Part shown: positions 1-11,514 of the stretch, one piece after another
How positions within the stretch are numbered: the first letter of the stretch is position 1
How the letters are laid out: each line of letters begins with the position of its first letter
Assembly: GCF_006345805.1 (NCBI RefSeq)
Contig: NC_043012.1
Coordinates: forward strand, 41,168,001 to 41,232,000
DNA length: 64,000 nucleotides
Source: Octopus sinensis
Taxonomy: Eukaryota
Reading direction: 5' to 3'
Made by a program: the position numbers and the translations under genes
The notes under the pieces: model-generated
Seen by the model: the letters and a program-made list of their open reading frames with translations, nothing else
What the model was told of the DNA's origin: nothing
The model's database searches: none

Positions 1-72
1 CGGACAGCCAAACAGACAGACAGAGAAATAGATATGTAAATATATGTATAAATAAGTGTATATATCTAAATG

Positions 73-117
<45 letters not shown>

Positions 118-166
118 GGCGGTGCCCCAGCATGGCCACAGCTCGTGAGCTGAAACTAGATAAAAT

Positions 167-209
<43 letters not shown>

Positions 210-496
210 AGTATTATTGTTTACGATATCAAGTGTCATAGCATGCGTAAAAGAAGTGTGCTGGTGCTATTTGTAGAACCCTTAATTATTAATATATATA
301 TATATATATAGGGAGAGAGAAGGCTAGGAAAGATTCAAATCATAGCATCAACGCTCTTAAGTGGAGAGGCGTGGGTAGGCCTTCCTAATTCTGCACACAG
401 CTGTAAACCTAAAAATGGATGAGTGTATACATGTGTGTACGTATGGTAGACACAAGCGCACGTGTACACATAGATGATTATATATATATGCATGTA

Positions 497-566
<70 letters not shown>

Positions 567-714
567 GAACATACATACACTCTTGTAGGCGGTACACTGG
601 GAGAAACTTGTAAGAAAATAGTATATCACACATCGACGCATGCATATATACACGTACATACCCACTTACAATTATACAAGTATACAATCAACATTACATA
701 CATACATGCATACA

Positions 715-750
<36 letters not shown>

Positions 751-1328
751 TATATACTCGGTAGATGTCAACGCGTGACCGAGTAAGACCACTTCCTAAA
801 CTCACTAAGTCTTTGCAAATGTTCTGATAACCCAAGAAGTTCCTGTGCGTGAGTCTACTTTCAGTGGGCGAAATGTTGCACAACCCTAAACCCACTCCTA
901 AATGCAACCAGCAATAAAACCAGGTGATACTTTAGGATTTTTGAAAACAAATTTTAATACAAGTTTACCTTCTTCTAGAAGAAAGAATTGACAAAAGCTA
1001 AGGTTTCTTCATACCGAGTGGTTTACATGTTGGTTAACCCATAAGTGGGATCTTGAAAGGTGTTACTATTCAGGGTCAGATAAGATCTGGGGACACTAGT
1101 GGCTTAGAGGTGGTCTCACACTATTCAAAACACTGGAACTCCCGTATCAGGGCCCTACTACCGGATGCTGTTTACTACTATAGAAACCAATAGCAATTAT
1201 CTTTGTAAACACCTCTTCTCGTCACACCTTTCTCTTTCGGGTTATAAAAGAAAAAAAAAACAGGTGGCGATTTAAATACTGAGTATATGCTGTACACATT
1301 CACTTGCACTACACTCACCCACATACAC

Positions 1329-1382
<54 letters not shown>

Positions 1383-1566
1383 TTACACACACATATACAA
1401 ACACATGCACGCACGAAAGCAAAGGCGCAAAATTGTTATGATCTTTGGACAATAAGTGACGAGGGGTGAGCTTGTCCACGTCTTGTGTGGGATTTTCCCG
1501 TCTGCTCATTTGTCGTCTTTCTGTTCATTCTATACATATATATATATATAATATATATATATATAT

Positions 1567-1954
1567 ACTAGCAGTATCGCCCGGCGTTGCTCGGGTTTGT
1601 AAGGGAAATAACTATACAGCATTTTTAGAGAGTTATAGCCAAAAAATAGCAAAAAAATGCATTAAAAATGGAAAAAATATGATGGTAATTTTTTTTTAAA
1701 TCGTTGACTCATCGTAGACATTTTTAGAGAGTTACTTCCCTTTAAAAAATATGCATGAAAATGGAAAAAATGAGGTAAATTATTTTTAAAATCGTAGACT
1801 CATCGTAGACAAGCGCTAATACCCAGAAGGGCTCGATATGAATCACGACTATAAGATACCCGGTTTTGGTTAAACTGCACCGCAAAATGTGGGAGTAGTT
1901 AGGAATCTAAATCGAAGGGGACAGACACTCACACAACTACAGTTTTATATATAA

Positions 1955-1957
<3 letters not shown>
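1567..1957 (+). mobile_element. Non-autonomous Helitron-like (Lep1-type) element
   Basis: Begins ACTAGCAGTATCGCCCGGCGTTGCTCGGG (small hairpin), has an internal ~100-bp tandem duplication (about 1620-1810), ends ...ACAGACA...TTTTATATATAAAGA within (TA)n. Resemblance to Lep1-type termini is from recall. Confidence 0.45.
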
Positions 1958-1995
<38 letters not shown>

Positions 1996-2408
1996 TCATG
2001 TGAAACCTACCTACCTACCAACCTACCTACCTACCTACATACCTACCTACCTACCTACCTACCTACCTACCTACCTACCAACCAACCAACCAACCAACCA
2101 ACCTACCTACATATATACATACATATACACATACGTACATATATACATGCATATATACACACATATACATGTATAATTACATTAATATATACACATATAA
2201 TTGTATACACATATGCATATGAAGACAATTAGCCGTGGCGGCTAAAATAAACTATTCAAGAATATTATTATATAAATATGTAAATTATATGTAAATTATA
2301 TGTACAGATTGTACGAGTACGTTCGATTCCCAACCCTTACATTTCTGTAAAGGAGCAGCTGATATTCTTTAAACATGTACCTGTATGTATATGTGTGCAT
2401 ATGCGTGC

Positions 2409-2443
<35 letters not shown>

Positions 2444-2571
2444 TAATTTGTAGGTTCCTGGGAGGATTTTTTCCAGTTAAAGAAAAGTTGGCCAACGCCC
2501 TGTTCAATTTGGAGTTAACAATAACGCACACACCACACACACACACACACATACATACATACATACATACA

Positions 2572-2603
<32 letters not shown>

Positions 2604-3048
2604 CACACACATACATACATACATACATACAGACAGACAGAGAGACAGACAGACAGAGATATATACATATATGGCTACATACACACATATATACCTATAC
2701 ATGTATATATACATATATATATGTGCATATATATATGTTTGTTTATATATGTATATATATGTTTGTATATATGTGTATATGTGTGTATATATGTATGGTT
2801 TCATAGTGTAGATGCTGGCACAGTCTCCGAATTTGAATCACATCCGTTATGACGAGGCTCGAAGCAGACGCCGCTAACAATGCCAGTAATGACATTAGAG
2901 ACAGAGAAAAAAAGACGAAAGAAAGAAGACAACACCACGTAGTCTTGGGTTCAGTTCCACTTGGGGGCACCTGGGGCAAAAATCTCCCACTTTAGCTCCG
3001 GGCCAGCCTTGTGAGTGGATTTGATAGATGGAAACTGAAAGAAGCTCA

Positions 3049-3096
<48 letters not shown>

Positions 3097-3972
3097 ATGT
3101 GTGTGTGTGCATGTGTGTGTGCATGTATGTGTGTGTGGATGCGTGTGTGCATCTTTGAGTTCATATTTGCCCTCCACCACCGCTTCAAGGACGGTGCTGG
3201 TTTGTTAACATCCCTGTAACGTAACACTTCAACAAAAGAGACGGATAAAATAAGTATCAGCATTTAGAAAATAAATACTGGGGTCAATTAGTTCGAGTGC
3301 AGCCCTCTGAGGCGATGCTCCAGAATGGCCACAGGCATTGACTGGAAGCGGTAAAAATTTAAAAAGGGCGACAAAATAATAACATCTATTTCTAGCGTCG
3401 GTGCCACTCCGCCTCCTGGAAGTAACCAAAGCTCAAAGAATTCCCAATCGAAATCGATAGAATTCCAGTTCATCACTTTGAGAAACAAATTCATATGAGC
3501 CAGCGACACCTGTCGGCTGATTGACTGTCATCTTTAAATGCTTAGGTCCCCGAGAGTTTAGAAGCGGATCTTCGATGTGACCAAATAGACGAATGTTCGG
3601 AGTTGTTCCCTCTCAAGCAATGATCAGACTTACTCCCCTCTGCATCCCCCATAATTAACCATGAAGATGATGATTATTTCTCTTCGCGATATTTTTAATT
3701 TTAATTAATTAAAATATTTTTGCTTTATTATATTAAATCGTATTAATACATGTTTTACTAAACATGTGTTTCCGATGTATTATTTACCATCAAATGATCA
3801 CAGAAAGGTTATTCCTCAATTTACTTCATCGAACATTATATTTTTTAATGAAATCAATCAAGTGCGGGGCGCGGGGGTGGGGCGCCGAAAAGTTCTTGGC
3901 TTTGGGTGAAAAAAAATACAGGAGGATCAGTTAATTATGATTTTACTCAACATTTTTGATATAATAAGGCCC

Positions 3973-4400
3973 TCACTAAGGCGGCAACGTAGTAGAATCG
4001 TTAGGAGGCTGGGGGAAATGGTGAGCGGCATTGCATCTGTCCTCATGTTCTGAGCTCAAATTTTGAAGAGGTTGACTTTTGCCTTTCATCCTTTCTGGGT
4101 CGATAAAATAAGTACTAATTGTTATAGACTTATCCACCTCCCACTAAAATTGCTGATCTCGAGCCAACATTTGAAAGCAATATAATGGGTCTCCACTAAG
4201 GCGGCGAGATGGCTGAGTCGTTAGCGCGCCGAAGCAATATACTTAGCGGCATTTCATCCGTCTTTACGTTCTGTGTTCAAATTTCGCCTTTCATAGTTTC
4301 AGGGTCGATAAAATAAGTAGAAGTAGAGCTCTGGGGTCGATGTAATTGACTTAACTCCTCTCTAGAACTTGCTGGCCTTGTGCCAAAATTTGAAACCGTT
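3973..4400 (+). mobile_element. Two tandem degenerate tRNA-derived SINEs (family A)
   Basis: Two heads AAGGCGGC...GTTAGC with B-box-like GAGCTCAAATT/GTGTTCAAATT, each followed by the family A body GCCTTTCAT...GGGTCGATAAAATAAGTA. Confidence 0.7.
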
Positions 4401-4763
4401 ATAATTGTGCTTTTCATAAAGATATTTAACCCCTATACGACCTAAAGCTACCAACTAACACAGAAGGATTACACTTATCTCTTTACACATCAATATTGTT
4501 TTAATCCTCTCTAATTTGTTTTTATTCTAATCTTATCTTTAATCCTGTCTTTTCTGGAGATTAATATAAGTTCGTCAAAATGGCGTTTGTTTAAACGATT
4601 CCATCACATTATATTACATTCAGAATAAAAAGAAATGAAACAGAAATGTCACGAATAAAATATCGTTTGCCTTGCCCCAACACTATACAGACAAATGGCG
4701 AATGCAGCAACGCGCTGCGACTGCATACATCAGCGCACCTGACCTAACATTTAATGTGTCAAC

Positions 4764-4810
4764 GCCAATGGGGGCGGGCGGGAAGTGGCCAAAGGTGAAC
4801 CTTTGAACTT
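4764..4810 (+). promoter_or_regulatory. Promoter-like motif cluster (CCAAT, GC box, ETS-like, nuclear-receptor direct repeats)
   Basis: GCCAAT 4764-4769, GGGGGCGGGCGG 4770-4781, GGAAGT 4781-4786, GGCCAAAGGTGA and TGAACCTTTGAACT 4787-4809, all in unique sequence. Motif matches only. Confidence 0.3.
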
Positions 4811-5023
4811 TGGCGTGATTATGGTCAGAGGGAGTTACTAAAGCTCTGGAATGATTGGTAGTTTTGTGTTGCGAGAGTGAAGGGCTTCGAGAAACAGGTT
4901 GAAATAGGCCGACTCAAGATGTGGGTCCAGCGTGTGTATCATGTTGGATACCCTTGGATATCCAGCAAGCAAGGGGATAATGCTAGATTATCCACAGCTC
5001 AGCCAATTCACGACCTAATACAC

Positions 5024-5059
<36 letters not shown>

Positions 5060-5139
5060 AACACACACATGCATGTTTGTGTGTGTGTGTGTGTATGTGA
5101 AATCGTGTGTGTGTGTGCATTATACAAGTCTATATAAAA

Positions 5140-5463
5140 GTGGTCCTCCGTCGGTTACGATGGTGAGGTTTCCAGTTGATCCGATCACTGGAACAGCTTC
5201 CTCATGAAATTAACGTGCGAGTGGCTGAGTACTCCGCAGACACGCGTACCCTTAACGTTGTTTTCAGGGGGATTCAGCGTGACACAGAATGTGAGAAGCC
5301 TGGCTCCTTTGAAATACAGGTACTACTCACTTTTGCCAGCTGAGTGGACTGGAGCAACGTTAAATAAATTACCTTGCCCAAGGAGAAAACGCGTAGCCGG
5401 GAATTGAACTCGCGACATTACGACCGTGAGCCGAATGCCCTAACCACTAAGCCACGCGTCTTC
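5140..5463 (-). mobile_element. tRNA-derived SINE (family B)
   Basis: Homologous to 29883-30268: head TGGCTTAGTGGTTAGGGCA...GTTCAATTCC and tail CGTAACCGACGGAG. Confidence 0.75.
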
Positions 5464-5494
5464 ACTATATATACCTATATCTATCTATCTATCC

Positions 5495-5531
<37 letters not shown>

Positions 5532-5535
5532 ATAT

Positions 5536-5580
<45 letters not shown>

Positions 5581-5851
5581 ATATATATATATGCACGTAC
5601 ATGCATTCACATATAGACGCACGCACATTCGTGTACACGCACATACACGCACACACGGACGCGGACAGGGAAAGAAAGAAAGAAGAAAGAAAGAATCATG
5701 TTTTCAACTTTGTTTACTTTGAATTTTGCGTTGCTGCTTATCAAAACATTTTACTCTTAGATTTTTGTATGTGAGTACCAACTCCCTTAATTTATAGCAA
5801 CTGGCCTTATATATATATGTGTGTGTATATATTTATATATATATGTATATA

Positions 5852-5936
<85 letters not shown>

Positions 5937-5961
5937 GTATATATATATATATATGTATATA

Positions 5962-6018
<57 letters not shown>

Positions 6019-6039
6019 ATATATATATATATATGTATA

Positions 6040-6136
<97 letters not shown>

Positions 6137-6669
6137 ATGTATATATATAGAGGTTTGTAGGTGTACATATATATATGCATGCATATGTATTATATGTATT
6201 TATAGGTGTGCATGTATATATGCATAAAAATTAGCATGTGTGTGGGTGAGTGTATGTGTGTGTGTAGGGGGTTTGGTCGAGTTCCCCTTTTTGTGCATAC
6301 CTGACATTATCTTTATACTTGTGTTTGTGTACATATGTAGCCCCGCCCGCAAAAGAAAGTGATGTTTGAAATCATTTATGCCTAAATCTTATCACACATA
6401 CACACACCTATACACAGGATGCGGCATTATATCAAAAAGGTTGAGTAAAATCATAATTAACTGATCCTCCTGTATTTTCTTCCACCCAAAGCCAAGAACT
6501 TTCCGGCGCCCCAACCCCCGCCTCGTACTTGATTGATTTCATTAAAAAAATAATGGTTCATGAAGTAAATTGAGGAATAACCTTTCTGTGATCATTTGAT
6601 GGTAAATAATACATCGGAAACACATGTTTAGTAAAACATGTGTTAGTACGATTTAATATAATAAAGCAA

Positions 6670-7440
6670 AACTATTTTAATATTGTCGTCGAAATTACGC
6701 AAAAATGAAAATAACACTGACATTCTCATTTTAACAAATATATTTATTAAAATTACATAAAAATATTTTGAAATACTGAAGAGGAAATTTATTCAATAAA
6801 ACCGCCATAGGCTTCAACCACGGCCTCCAGACGACTTTGGTATCTCCTGCAACTCTTCTGGACGCTCTCTTTGTTTAAGTTGGTGAATGATGCCATAATC
6901 CTTGCTTTTAGTTCATCTTTGAGGTTACAAGGAGTTTTGTTGGCCTCTCACTCAACTGCACCCCACACATAATAATCAAGGGGATTGCAGTGTGGGGAGT
7001 TAGGTGGACAGATGTTAGGGGTGCTGTGGTTACAGAAATTGTCTGACAGCCATGACTGGGTTCTCCTGCTTTTGTGGCATGGTGCAGAGTGCTATTGCCA
7101 GATATAGGGTCACCTTCTTGACCCAGGGCAGCACTACCTCCTCCAGGTACTAGATGCAGACCTCCGTGTTGAAGAAGATGAATGGAGGCATAATGTTGCC
7201 ATCACTAGTGACCACTCCAAATACGATGATGTTGATTGGATGTTTGATTTTTATCACTCTCGGTACATATCCTCAGATTGCACTGTCCTCAGATGGACAC
7301 CCAATCACTCTGAAATGTTCATATTGGAGCTTCCGTCGCGAATGCCAAGCAGCACAGCATGTCGTTTCCAAGTTTCTCGTCCAGCAAATTACGCCATTGT
7401 GCTGTTTTTCTCACAGACGGTGCCCAGCTGACCCTAATAT
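6670..7440 (-). mobile_element. Degenerate, internally deleted Tc1/mariner DD37D (maT) transposon
   Basis: Minus-strand translation gives HTH-like KRHAVLLGIRDGSSNMNISE, KHPINIIVFGVVTSDG, WQ*HSAPCH...PPNSPHCNPLDYYVWG (37 residues between the 2nd and 3rd catalytic positions) and C-terminal LEAVVEAYGGFIE*. Stops and frameshifts present. Confidence 0.8.
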
Positions 7441-8111
7441 GCTGTGTAGTCGACAAAATCAAAACCAAAAAACACGCATGCGTGAAGTTAAAAATATATG
7501 ATGGCAACAATTTACCCATAGCACGCTGTATATATGTATGCATGTATGTATGTAAGAACAAAGAACTGCCGTTGGCCATTTCGCCTGGCGTGCTAACAAT
7601 TCAGCCAGATCGTCGTCTTACGTATGTCATAATATTCCATGTACAAGATGACTAGCAATGGCGGCTGCAGTTGCTCCCACCTCGAAACCACTGAACAACA
7701 ATACTAGTTTTAATTGTCAAACCAGAAAGCAGCTGGAGTTATCAGAACTCTTTTGAAGTTGATATTGGGAAACCACTCCGTGCCCATCATGCCTGATTCA
7801 CTTACAAAGCAATTCGACCTCGGCGGAATTTGAACTCAGAACGAAACGGCAGACGAAATACGAATTTCTTTATTGCCCACCGGGGGCCAAACATAGATAT
7901 GGACAGTACAACTGATGGGATCAGTGAATCGATATGATTTTACATAAATGTGACATCAAAAATAAAATACAATACATAAAAATCGAATGGAATACACAGT
8001 ACAAAAACAATACAAATGAAGCGATGATCAAGTTACGCTCCGATCCCACAAGCCCCGATCTACCGCTGATACCTTTTTATTTTTCCTTTTTTTTTTTTTT
8101 TCCTCGTCTAT

Positions 8112-9014
8112 TCACACGGTTCCTTGCACGCACAACACTCGTGCAACATACTTCCATCTCTTTTGGAACGTACACTCTGACAGACACCTCTTCTCCAGCC
8201 ACAGTTTCCTTTTCAAATGAAAAGAAAAAAAGGATCGTAAATTGTCACCAGAGATAAAATTGCCTGTCTTAATTCCTTTTATCCTAGTATTCCATACAGC
8301 CTCTTTTGCTATTGCTACAACCGTGAGAAAACAATTCTTACCTTCGTTCGTTAGAACTCCCGGTGGGTCAATTTTTATAATTGACTCAGTCGACAGCCGT
8401 ACTCTTCCTTCGCCGGACAACAGATGTTCAGCATAAGCCCACATTTCAGTTATCTCCGGACACTGAACAATAGCGTGAGGGACGGTTTCCCTGTCCCCAC
8501 CGCATCTTGGACAGGTCGGCGACTGACGTTTACCATGTCTTGCGAGCTTATCCCAAACGGGCAAGGCACCTCTGTAGCATTGCCAGGTTAAGGACTTTTG
8601 GAAGTTGTCCAACGTTCTCAACCCGAATGTACGATGAAACAAGCTGTCCAGTTGAATAAATCCGAGACCTAGAGTCGACCCCAGGCCATCGTCGCATTCA
8701 GACTCTACCAACCCACTATATAAAATCCGTGTGGAACCCCCACCGCTGGCGTTGCCCGAGCGCCGGAACAGCAAGAGGGCCTTACGGCACTCTTTATGCC
8801 ACTCACTCGACCTCGGTCTACGAGAACACCAGGCTTCCTGTTCGCAAAAACTCTTGAACTCAGGGAACATTTGTCTGGCCAGCGGAGACCACACCCGTTC
8901 ACTATCCAGGAGAATCCAGAGGTGCCTCAACCTCAACGCATGTCTGCGCATCATTAACCAAGGCATCCCTAAACCTCCATTTAAAGGCTTTTGACAGCAG
9001 ACAGAGCGTTTCAC
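8112..9014 (-). CDS. LINE ORF2 C-terminal segment (zf-RVT-like zinc finger), frameshifted from RT
   Basis: CPRCGGDRETVPHAIVQC zinc finger; ORF overlaps the end of the RT ORF. Confidence 0.8.
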   Translation of the reverse strand: MKRSVCCQKPLNGGLGMPWLMMRRHALRLRHLWILLDSERVWSPLARQMFPEFKSFCEQEAWCSRRPRSSEWHKECRKALLLFRRSGNASGGGSTRILYSGLVESECDDGLGSTLGLGFIQLDSLFHRTFGLRTLDNFQKSLTWQCYRGALPVWDKLARHGKRQSPTCPRCGGDRETVPHAIVQCPEITEMWAYAEHLLSGEGRVRLSTESIIKIDPPGVLTNEGKNCFLTVVAIAKEAVWNTRIKGIKTGNFISGDNLRSFFSFHLKRKLWLEKRCLSECTFQKRWKYVARVLCVQGTV

Positions 9015-10173
9015 AAGTGGCGACCTGCCCTTCCAAAAAGCGAAAGAGCTGTCTCTCCAACCTGATCAACCACGAATCCGGACAGGGCACGACAGTCAGG
9101 CGGTAGGTAATGACCGATGCGATAAACACATTGGCCACTTCCGCCCTCCCTTTCAGGGATAGCCACCGCCAAGACCAAGTCTTGACTACTGCAGCCACCC
9201 TGCTCAATACCTCCGTCCAGTTCTTCTCTATCTGGAGGCCTGGTCCAAACCAGACTCCCAGCAACTTAACCGGTCCCTCCGTCCAGCGCCTAACAACACT
9301 GTCTGAAGGCATCGACTTGCCAACCCAGGTGCCGAGCTGCAAGCCGACCGACTTTTCCCGGTTAATCTTTGCTCCTGCTACCTCCTCGTAAGCCTCAATA
9401 GTCTTACCTACTTCACGTAGGCGTACCACTGTGGTTACACTGATAGTGATATCATCCGCGAAAGCCGTAACAAACTCCTCTAGTCCTGGTTCTCTCGGGA
9501 TGCCACTCAACCTTTGCAGTAATGGCTCGAGAGCCATCACATACAAAAGTGGTGAAAGCGGACATCCTTGACGAACCGAGCGTCTGATGCAGAACGGCTT
9601 CGAAAGGAAACCGTTCACCCGAACTATCGAGTCAATGTTGTGGTACAAAGCGATAAACCACCTGAGGAAGCCAAGGCCCAGGCCAAACCGCGCAAGTACA
9701 GTCGCTAGGTATCGATGGTCAACCCTATCAAAAGCTTTAGACTGGTCCAAATGCACCAATGCCCCACCTTTGCCAGATTTATTACCAAACCTCTCTATGG
9801 TATAGCGAATAAGATGGAGGGTATCCTGAATGGTTCTGCCTGGGATGGCACATGTCTGTGCCTCCCCGACTATACCATTCGCGACACGCGCCAACCTTTT
9901 TGCTAGAACCTTGGCCAAAATCTTCACTTCTGCGTTTAACAGAGTGATGGGCCTGAAATTCTCTAGAACGTCCCCCTTGTCCGGGTCCTTTCTGACCAAC
10001 GTCACTACTCCCCGGCGCACAGATCTGGGGATAAACCCATTCTGTTTCCAGTTCGCGTACACGTCAGTCAGTAGTTGCCCGAACAAGTCTGGCATACATT
10101 TATACAGCTCGTACGGAAGACCATCAAGTCCCGGTGACTTACCCGCTTTACAATCGGCCAAAGCCTCCATCAC
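8902..10173 (-). CDS. LINE ORF2 reverse transcriptase domain
   Basis: KSPGLDG, FRPITLLN, DQSKAFDRVDH, RQGCPLSPLLY, FADD and KLLGV motifs. Confidence 0.95.
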   Translation of the reverse strand: MMEALADCKAGKSPGLDGLPYELYKCMPDLFGQLLTDVYANWKQNGFIPRSVRRGVVTLVRKDPDKGDVLENFRPITLLNAEVKILAKVLAKRLARVANGIVGEAQTCAIPGRTIQDTLHLIRYTIERFGNKSGKGGALVHLDQSKAFDRVDHRYLATVLARFGLGLGFLRWFIALYHNIDSIVRVNGFLSKPFCIRRSVRQGCPLSPLLYVMALEPLLQRLSGIPREPGLEEFVTAFADDITISVTTVVRLREVGKTIEAYEEVAGAKINREKSVGLQLGTWVGKSMPSDSVVRRWTEGPVKLLGVWFGPGLQIEKNWTEVLSRVAAVVKTWSWRWLSLKGRAEVANVFIASVITYRLTVVPCPDSWLIRLERQLFRFLEGQVATCETLCLLSKAFKWRFRDALVNDAQTCVEVEAPLDSPG

Positions 10174-10517
10174 CTCCTCAAGTGTGATTGGCCCTTCGCA
10201 AGACTCCGCATCCGACCCCGAGAGGCACGGCAGCCCGGTAAGAAAGTCCTCGAGGGCTCTCCCACCACCAGGACCGCCGTCACCCCCGAACAGCTGGGCG
10301 AAGTACCCCGAAAGACCTCACACATTTTCTCGGGTTCGTTTATCAAGACACCATTTTGATTCGTCAAAGACCGAATAGAGGAACTATTTCCTTGCCGAGC
10401 TTCCACCACTCGGGCCCATCCAGCGGCTTTGATTCCTTCACTTCCCATTGCACGTAACTTAGCTCTGGTAATACTTCCCATGTGGTGGGCTTCAAGATGC
10501 TGGTTTAAACCATTCAC
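10170..10517 (-). CDS. LINE ORF2 linker segment between endonuclease and RT (frameshifted)
   Basis: SSIRSLTNQNGVLINEPEKMCEVF is typical of the L1/Tx1 tower/linker region; abuts both neighbouring ORFs. Confidence 0.7.
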   Translation of the reverse strand: MNGLNQHLEAHHMGSITRAKLRAMGSEGIKAAGWARVVEARQGNSSSIRSLTNQNGVLINEPEKMCEVFRGTSPSCSGVTAVLVVGEPSRTFLPGCRASRGRMRSLAKGQSHLRR

Positions 10518-11503
10518 CCTCGCTGGTCTGTATTACCAGTCCTCCAGGCTTCTTCTAGTTCCTTAACTAGACCATCTCCTATTTTACGTCCCTTCTTAGC
10601 TAAACTTATGCTAAACCTAATAGACTCATATTTGATGGCTCTTTTTAGGGCGTACCACCATTTGTTATTAATGATGGTACCTGTTAATGCCCTCTGTATT
10701 AACATCTTGATCCGCTTTCTGTACTCCTCAATCGCCAAAAGGGACGTATTGAGTTTCCAGTAGCCAGATCCCTGTCTATGCAACTTATCTACCGTCAGTT
10801 TACAGGTAACCATCTTGTGGTCACTGTAGCTGACTAGAAAAAACTGTGGACACTCAACTATGGACTTATCTTTTTCTCTAATTAAAATCCTATCTAGATA
10901 TGTTCTGGTAGACCCGTCACTATTTGACCACGTCCACTGTGGAGTGTTCGGGTGCTCCAACCTATATGGATCTGCTAGCTGAAATTGACTTAGCAGATCC
11001 CGAAAGCCTGTGTTACATTTTCTGTTCATGTTCGAGTTTGAGCCAACACAATCTGTGTGTGCTGCACATATTGTATTAGAGTCTCCTAACACTACTAGTG
11101 AATGCGACGTGGCTAGGAACTTTCCTAGGCCACGAAAATATTCAGTTTGCGGGCCAATAATGTTTGGTGCATAAATAGCGACCAGCCTGATTGTCTTGCC
11201 ACAACTGAATGTCAAGTCGAGAACGACCAGCCTGCCTTCTGGGTCAGAAAAAACCAACTTTTTCTCGGCTACCCGGTTTCTTTTTAGTAGGACCAACACC
11301 CCACCCCCACCTCCCGCCCGACTCGGAGAAACGTATTTCTCGTAGCCGTTCAGGAGGGGGAGCAGATCTCTTGGCCCCTTCACCCGGGTTTCCGTTGCAA
11401 CAATTACATCCAAATTTCTCGACCTGATGTCATTCAGAAAGCGTCCTTGCTTCCAGCTTGACAACAGGCCATGAACATTTAAACAACCAATGTGAATAGC
11501 CAT
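10514..11503 (-). CDS. LINE ORF2 apurinic-like endonuclease (APE) domain
   Basis: CLNVHGL, ATET, LGDSN, YLDRIL and SDH motifs; ATG at 11503-11501. Confidence 0.93.
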   Translation of the reverse strand: MAIHIGCLNVHGLLSSWKQGRFLNDIRSRNLDVIVATETRVKGPRDLLPLLNGYEKYVSPSRAGGGGGVLVLLKRNRVAEKKLVFSDPEGRLVVLDLTFSCGKTIRLVAIYAPNIIGPQTEYFRGLGKFLATSHSLVVLGDSNTICAAHTDCVGSNSNMNRKCNTGFRDLLSQFQLADPYRLEHPNTPQWTWSNSDGSTRTYLDRILIREKDKSIVECPQFFLVSYSDHKMVTCKLTVDKLHRQGSGYWKLNTSLLAIEEYRKRIKMLIQRALTGTIINNKWWYALKRAIKYESIRFSISLAKKGRKIGDGLVKELEEAWRTGNTDQRG

Positions 11504-11514
11504 CACTTACCTGT

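Noticed and set aside
335-765. Many ORFs rich in YI/HT/CV repeats, here and throughout the window
   Set aside because: They are translations of (TA)n, (CA)n and (TACA)n microsatellites, not genes.
8077-8101. Poly(A) tail marking the LINE 3' end
   Set aside because: The TSD and SINE-shared tail place the end at 7863, so this A-tract is internal to the 3'UTR.
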